DNA from: a virus
Taxonomy: Duplodnaviria; Caudoviricetes
Length of the DNA: 26,862 nucleotides
Virus record (IMG/VR): IMGVR_UViG_3300002301_000058
Span: 1 to 26,862 of that record
Strand: one strand, 5' to 3'
Part shown: in pieces, positions 22,979-26,862 of the stretch
Layout of the letters: every line of letters starts with the position of its first letter
Position numbering within the stretch: position 1 is the stretch's first letter
Translations under genes and position numbers: made by a program
Notes under the pieces: generated by a model
Database searches by the model: none
The model's input: only the letters and a program-made list of their open reading frames with translations
Told to the model about the DNA's origin: nothing

Positions 22979-24613
22979 TTATGCCAATCCCGTATTCCAT
23001 GATGCTAAGGTCGCAACGCGCTTTAACTCTCCAGCGAACGCATCCGCCACGCCGCCGGCATCCCGAACGCCGGGGACGTGCATATTGATATCGCCCGTCT
23101 CAATATTGACGGTTTGCGACTTGTTGCTGCGGTTGTCGTAGAGGCTGCTGGACTTGCCGACGGCGGATGCTGGCGCACCGATCGGCGGCACGGTTTGCAG
23201 CGACGGCAATGGAGTACTTTGTATTCCGGTCTTATGGGAAGATGGAACGTGCGTGCCTTCCTGCCTGCGAATAGCGGCTTGGAGTCGCTCCATTTGGGCC
23301 GGATCAGCTAGATTAGGGATGTCGGCTGGACCATAGCCGCCATATCTCATCACGCCTGCGGCCCAGTTCGGGTCTTCGGCATATTTCGATCCCATCTGTT
23401 CGATGGTCATTCCGGAATATGCTCGCCGCAGCAATTCAGCCTGCGCGGCATTGCCAGCTTCCCAGTTCGGGAATATCGCATGGCCTTGAGAATCCGTACC
23501 AACAGCACCAAAAGCGCTGGCGACTGGCCCCATTTTTATGTTGCCTGGATTATTATTGCGGTCGCCAAGAGTCCCGCCAATGGTCTCATTATGGAGCCGT
23601 TGCGCCCTTGATTCCGCAACCTCATGTCCCGTCCGCGGCTTGCCGAGCAGATATTCCGTCAGCGCATCTATGGCACCGCCGGCACCAGGGATGGCACGCA
23701 ACGGGAAACTGCCGCCGAAGATCAGCGACCTCAGCAGTTTCTTCCACTGCGGGTCGATGGCCTCCTCGGCCTTCTGCTCTGGCGTATCCATGAAACCGTG
23801 GCGGAGCGCATCAAGCCATCCCTTCATCGCGACGGTAGCTGCAATTAATCCAGGTGCCACAATGTTGAAGAATGTGCGGCCAAGATCAGTAGCCGTGCGA
23901 TTCAGGAGAGCAAGTTCGCGCTGGTATTCGATGGCCGCTGCAGCACTTTCTCGTGTCGTTCCGCCGGCGCGCTCAGCCTCATTGAGCATCTGCTGCAATG
24001 CCTCGCGCCCATTTATCATCAAGTTGATGGTGTCTTGGTCCGCGCCAATCAGCGACAAGAACGCCCGCGCCTTAGCTGGATCCATCCCTTGGATCGCGCT
24101 GCTGAGTTCCAGCAAGACCTGCGTCGAGGTCTTCATCTGACCATTCGCGCCTTGGAGACTTACACCGAGTTGGGTGAGCGGTCCCAGCAATCCGCTCTGC
24201 CCTGTCAGCGAGAACTTGTTTATCTCGTTGCTCAGCGATGATAGCGTCGCCGTGATGCCGCTTGCGCTCCCTCCAGCTTGCTCTGCAGCACCCTGCCAAT
24301 TTGAGAGTTCGCGCGCCGAAATATCCATCGTGCGCGCCGTACGCGCCGTTGCGGCGTCAAGATTGGTTATGAACGATGTGAATTGCTCCACGCCGACGCC
24401 GCCGAGGAGTAGCGTCGTTACTCCCAGCAGTGCTTTCTTAGCCGATGTGAATGCTTCGGCGATCTGCTTGCCCGAAGCCTCGATGGCATTGCCGAACTTC
24501 TGCGCGTCGTTCTTCGTGGCCTGCAGTTGTTCCATGAACTGCCGCTGGCCAATCGTGAACTTGGATGAGTCCAACGACAGTTGGAGCACGAATTCATCTA
24601 GAACGGACGGCAT
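22979..24613 (-). CDS. tape measure protein with C-terminal lysozyme-like domain
   Basis: VLDEFVLQLSLDSSKF start, Ala/Gln-rich helices, RNNNPGNI...F.....G..A motif. Confidence 0.85.
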   Translation of the reverse strand: MPSVLDEFVLQLSLDSSKFTIGQRQFMEQLQATKNDAQKFGNAIEASGKQIAEAFTSAKKALLGVTTLLLGGVGVEQFTSFITNLDAATARTARTMDISARELSNWQGAAEQAGGSASGITATLSSLSNEINKFSLTGQSGLLGPLTQLGVSLQGANGQMKTSTQVLLELSSAIQGMDPAKARAFLSLIGADQDTINLMINGREALQQMLNEAERAGGTTRESAAAAIEYQRELALLNRTATDLGRTFFNIVAPGLIAATVAMKGWLDALRHGFMDTPEQKAEEAIDPQWKKLLRSLIFGGSFPLRAIPGAGGAIDALTEYLLGKPRTGHEVAESRAQRLHNETIGGTLGDRNNNPGNIKMGPVASAFGAVGTDSQGHAIFPNWEAGNAAQAELLRRAYSGMTIEQMGSKYAEDPNWAAGVMRYGGYGPADIPNLADPAQMERLQAAIRRQEGTHVPSSHKTGIQSTPLPSLQTVPPIGAPASAVGKSSSLYDNRSNKSQTVNIETGDINMHVPGVRDAGGVADAFAGELKRVATLASWNTGLA

Positions 24614-24791
24614 CTTCGTCTCTCTGCGCAGCGGCCTTCGCTAGCTTCCTCGAGTTGTGGTCATCAATCAGGATGACTTCAATCAAGTCGTGGACATCCT
24701 CGACGCTCATCTTGGTCCGCAACAATTCCAATGCCTGAACAGGATTCGCACTCCGCGATAGCACCATTCCAATGATCGGCGGCACATTCAC
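24594..24791 (-). CDS. tail assembly chaperone, downstream (T-like) ORF
   Basis: (DY)VNVPPIIGMVLS...EL....SVEDVHDLIEVILIDDHN; -1 frame relative to the upstream chaperone; true start uncertain. Confidence 0.65.
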   Translation of the reverse strand: MNVPPIIGMVLSRSANPVQALELLRTKMSVEDVHDLIEVILIDDHNSRKLAKAAAQRDEDAVRSR

Positions 24792-25297
24792 GTAGTCGAG
24801 GAGTCCTCCTCCTTCTTGCCAGCCCTCGCCAGAGTCGAGATCAACTCTGAAAGGGCTGCGGTTACTGTAAAAGAGGTGTGCACGCGGACAACCTCCGACC
24901 GCAACCATCCGATTGTCTTTGCTTCCATGATGCTGCCAGTGCCGGGAAGTATTGGCGTCGCGACCGGGCGACCCGTTGTCTTGTCAACGGTGCCTGGGTC
25001 GCGGATCATCTGCACGCATGTCAGCATCTCGTCCAACAGCGGCAGGAATTTTCTCTCATCGATGTCAGCCGCAAGCACGGCATTTATCGCCCGTATCATC
25101 ACGGCGACGCTTCCTAGCCTCGCGACATCTAGCGGGATTTCAGCCGTCGTGCCTTTGAGCACCAATGCAGCTCGCCACGCCCATTTCTCGACGGCGAAGG
25201 CGTCAGCCTCGGTTATCAGGAAGTGCTTGCCGGCATCGCGGCCATAGCTATCAGGGACCACGACGACCTCGGACTTCGGTCCCTTCATCGTCAACAT
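24788..25297 (-). CDS. tail assembly chaperone (G-like)
   Basis: GRDAGKHFLITE..A...EKWAWRA; between tube and tape measure. Confidence 0.8.
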   Translation of the reverse strand: MLTMKGPKSEVVVVPDSYGRDAGKHFLITEADAFAVEKWAWRAALVLKGTTAEIPLDVARLGSVAVMIRAINAVLAADIDERKFLPLLDEMLTCVQMIRDPGTVDKTTGRPVATPILPGTGSIMEAKTIGWLRSEVVRVHTSFTVTAALSELISTLARAGKKEEDSSTT

Positions 25298-25340
25298 GAA
25301 TGACTCCTCACAGGCCCCTACGGCCTAGGAGCCAGATTTA

Positions 25341-25769
25341 CTACGTCGGATTGGCGGCGACCAGATTCCAGCGAATGCGAAACCGCTGCGGCTGCAGCAA
25401 TTTCTTCGCCTGCGGAAGCGGCTTGTAGCCCACGAGATAGCCGTTGACCATCGTATATGACTTCGAGATTGCCGGCAGCGTCGTGACACCGGAAGCAACA
25501 TACGTAGTTTGCCCGGCCACCTGTTGCAGATACCAGATATCGAAAATGTCGATTGATGCGGAATCAGCCTGCAGCATGAATTCCTGGTCAATCGGTTTGA
25601 ACACGAAGCCGCCAGAGAGAACACCGTCGACGCCCATCAGTGTCTCGACGGACTCGACCTCTGGCACCTCGTAAACATCGTCCGTCGCGAAGCCTTGGAG
25701 CTGCTGCGGTGTCGTGAACAGCGGTGGTATCACCAAGGAAATCGAAGCATTGGCCGCGGAAATATCCAT
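25341..25769 (-). CDS. tail tube protein
   Basis: 142 aa; LQGFATDD, ETLMGVDGVLSGGFV, LQADSAS..IFD.W. Confidence 0.88.
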   Translation of the reverse strand: MDISAANASISLVIPPLFTTPQQLQGFATDDVYEVPEVESVETLMGVDGVLSGGFVFKPIDQEFMLQADSASIDIFDIWYLQQVAGQTTYVASGVTTLPAISKSYTMVNGYLVGYKPLPQAKKLLQPQRFRIRWNLVAANPT

Positions 25770-25771
25770 CG

Positions 25772-26530
25772 TTATAGCCCTACCATGTCATGTTGGACCG
25801 CAGCCTCGAAGTGGAGAATGTCTGGCCAGGCGCAGCAGCGTACCTCAGCAACTTCGCGTATTCTGTTGCCTTTCGATTGGTTCACTTTCGTCGGCACTAC
25901 TTGCAAATTCGTCTCAACATGAAGGCCGCACATCACTTTCGATTGCAGCGGATAGATGTGGTCCACTTCATGCGGAATACCTATCTCGCGAGTCAGTCGT
26001 GCGGCTTGTTCATAAATCATTTTGATTTTGTTCAAATCGGCCCATGCCGGAGTCGCATTTAATTTGGCCGCTATATAGCGCGCCAAAGCCGCCGCCTTCA
26101 CATGCGGTTTTTCTTTGGCATATTTTCTAGCATATGCAGAACGATATTCTGGATTACGTCGTAGCCAACTAGCATTAGAGGCCGCCATGATCTCTGGATG
26201 TTCTTCTCGATATTTTTTCGAATACGCCAGACGATAAGGACGATTTCGCTGCCGATAATCTGAATGACAATCACGGCACCATGAACTCACACCACTCGCT
26301 GTACTGCGATCTTTGCTGAACTCTGCAATTTCTTTCTCTATGCCGCAAGAAGTACAAGTTGCTTTCTCGCAGACTACAATAGTTCGCGCAGAGATGATTT
26401 GCTCGCGTCGAATGCTTCGACAATCTGAGCACCATTTACGTAGACTATCGCTTCGGCTTCTATCTTTGCCAAAAGCCGATAAAGGTTTTTCAATTTTGCA
26501 GCGCCGACAGATTTTCATCATGGCGCTCAT
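25772..26530 (-). CDS. HNH endonuclease with tandem CxxC zinc fingers
   Basis: Two CxxC...CxxC modules; HEVDHIYPL...GLHVETNLQ...N.SKGN; TAATG overlap with the sheath stop. Confidence 0.88.
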   Translation of the reverse strand: MSAMMKICRRCKIEKPLSAFGKDRSRSDSLRKWCSDCRSIRREQIISARTIVVCEKATCTSCGIEKEIAEFSKDRSTASGVSSWCRDCHSDYRQRNRPYRLAYSKKYREEHPEIMAASNASWLRRNPEYRSAYARKYAKEKPHVKAAALARYIAAKLNATPAWADLNKIKMIYEQAARLTREIGIPHEVDHIYPLQSKVMCGLHVETNLQVVPTKVNQSKGNRIREVAEVRCCAWPDILHFEAAVQHDMVGL

Positions 26531-26862
26531 TATTGGACCAAAACGCTTGATAAATCAAGGCTTTGCACGCTGCCGCGATCAAGAAACCAGAAAGTCAAAG
26601 GCCATGGTCCGCGTGCTGCACGAACTTGAGAACTCGGCAGATTCACCTGCAAATAGTATCCTTGGCTCTGCAGTACGTTGGCGATTGGTGCGCCGGCGGC
26701 ATTGTTCACTTCCGCAGCTTGCGCCGACGAGATATTGCCGGGACCGTAAGCTCCGAATGCAAGACCTTGCTGAATCACCGATTGGCAAGCTGCCGTAATC
26801 AAGCCAACTCCAGCGGTGCTGAATGGAACGGAGAGCGCATTCTGCAGCAGCGTCAGCAGCGC
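26530..26862 (-). CDS. tail sheath protein (DUF3383-like), C-terminal part, runs off the window
   Basis: Frame open to the window edge; QGYYLQV...VRAARGP.P.TFW.LDRGSVQ. Confidence 0.85.
   Translation of the reverse strand, partial: ALLTLLQNALSVPFSTAGVGLITAACQSVIQQGLAFGAYGPGNISSAQAAEVNNAAGAPIANVLQSQGYYLQVNLPSSQVRAARGPWPLTFWFLDRGSVQSLDLSSVLVQ

Noticed and set aside
782-26798. Numerous opposite-strand or alternate-frame ORFs in the track (e.g. 782..1324, 1649..2080, 7823..8446, 8758..9327, 12210..12797, 17146..18084, 23538..24140)
   Set aside because: They overlap better-supported genes, and lack recognisable motifs and operon coupling
1-26862. tRNA/rRNA genes, group I/II introns, diversity-generating retroelement, transposase
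   Set aside because: None recognised by eye: no reverse transcriptase or TR/VR pair, and the HNH-flanking genes appear intact. A covariance-model search was not possible

Overview
A segment of a contractile-tailed (myovirus-type) phage or prophage, probably infecting an alphaproteobacterium (inferred from gene content). Most of the window (6.3-26.9 kb) is one leftward late operon. It runs from the sheath C-terminus through tube, tail chaperones, tape measure, baseplate genes and two tail fibres to a GH25 endolysin and a long run of membrane/secreted genes, interrupted by three HNH endonuclease genes. Two accessory modules stand out. (1) At about 20.45-21.85 kb, antisense between two baseplate genes, is a stand-alone Cas7/RAMP-like gene (20700-21314). 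It is flanked by six tracts of 5-nt-periodic GGY-NN repeats: one upstream, and five downstream separated by a conserved ~20-nt GGATACTTT... linker. This looks like a non-CRISPR RNA-guided system in which the variable NN dinucleotides carry the information. (2) At about 0-4.3 kb, a small serine resolvase/invertase with a res-site-I-like palindrome and a divergent sigma70 promoter faces 11 tiny unrelated ORFs. Their junctions share a 23-bp motif (TAGCA...GA..A.TAGGCCC-start), so many end in identical LEK* or LAGTR* tails, an integron-like cassette layout. All calls come from reading the sequence and remembered motifs; no database searches were run.
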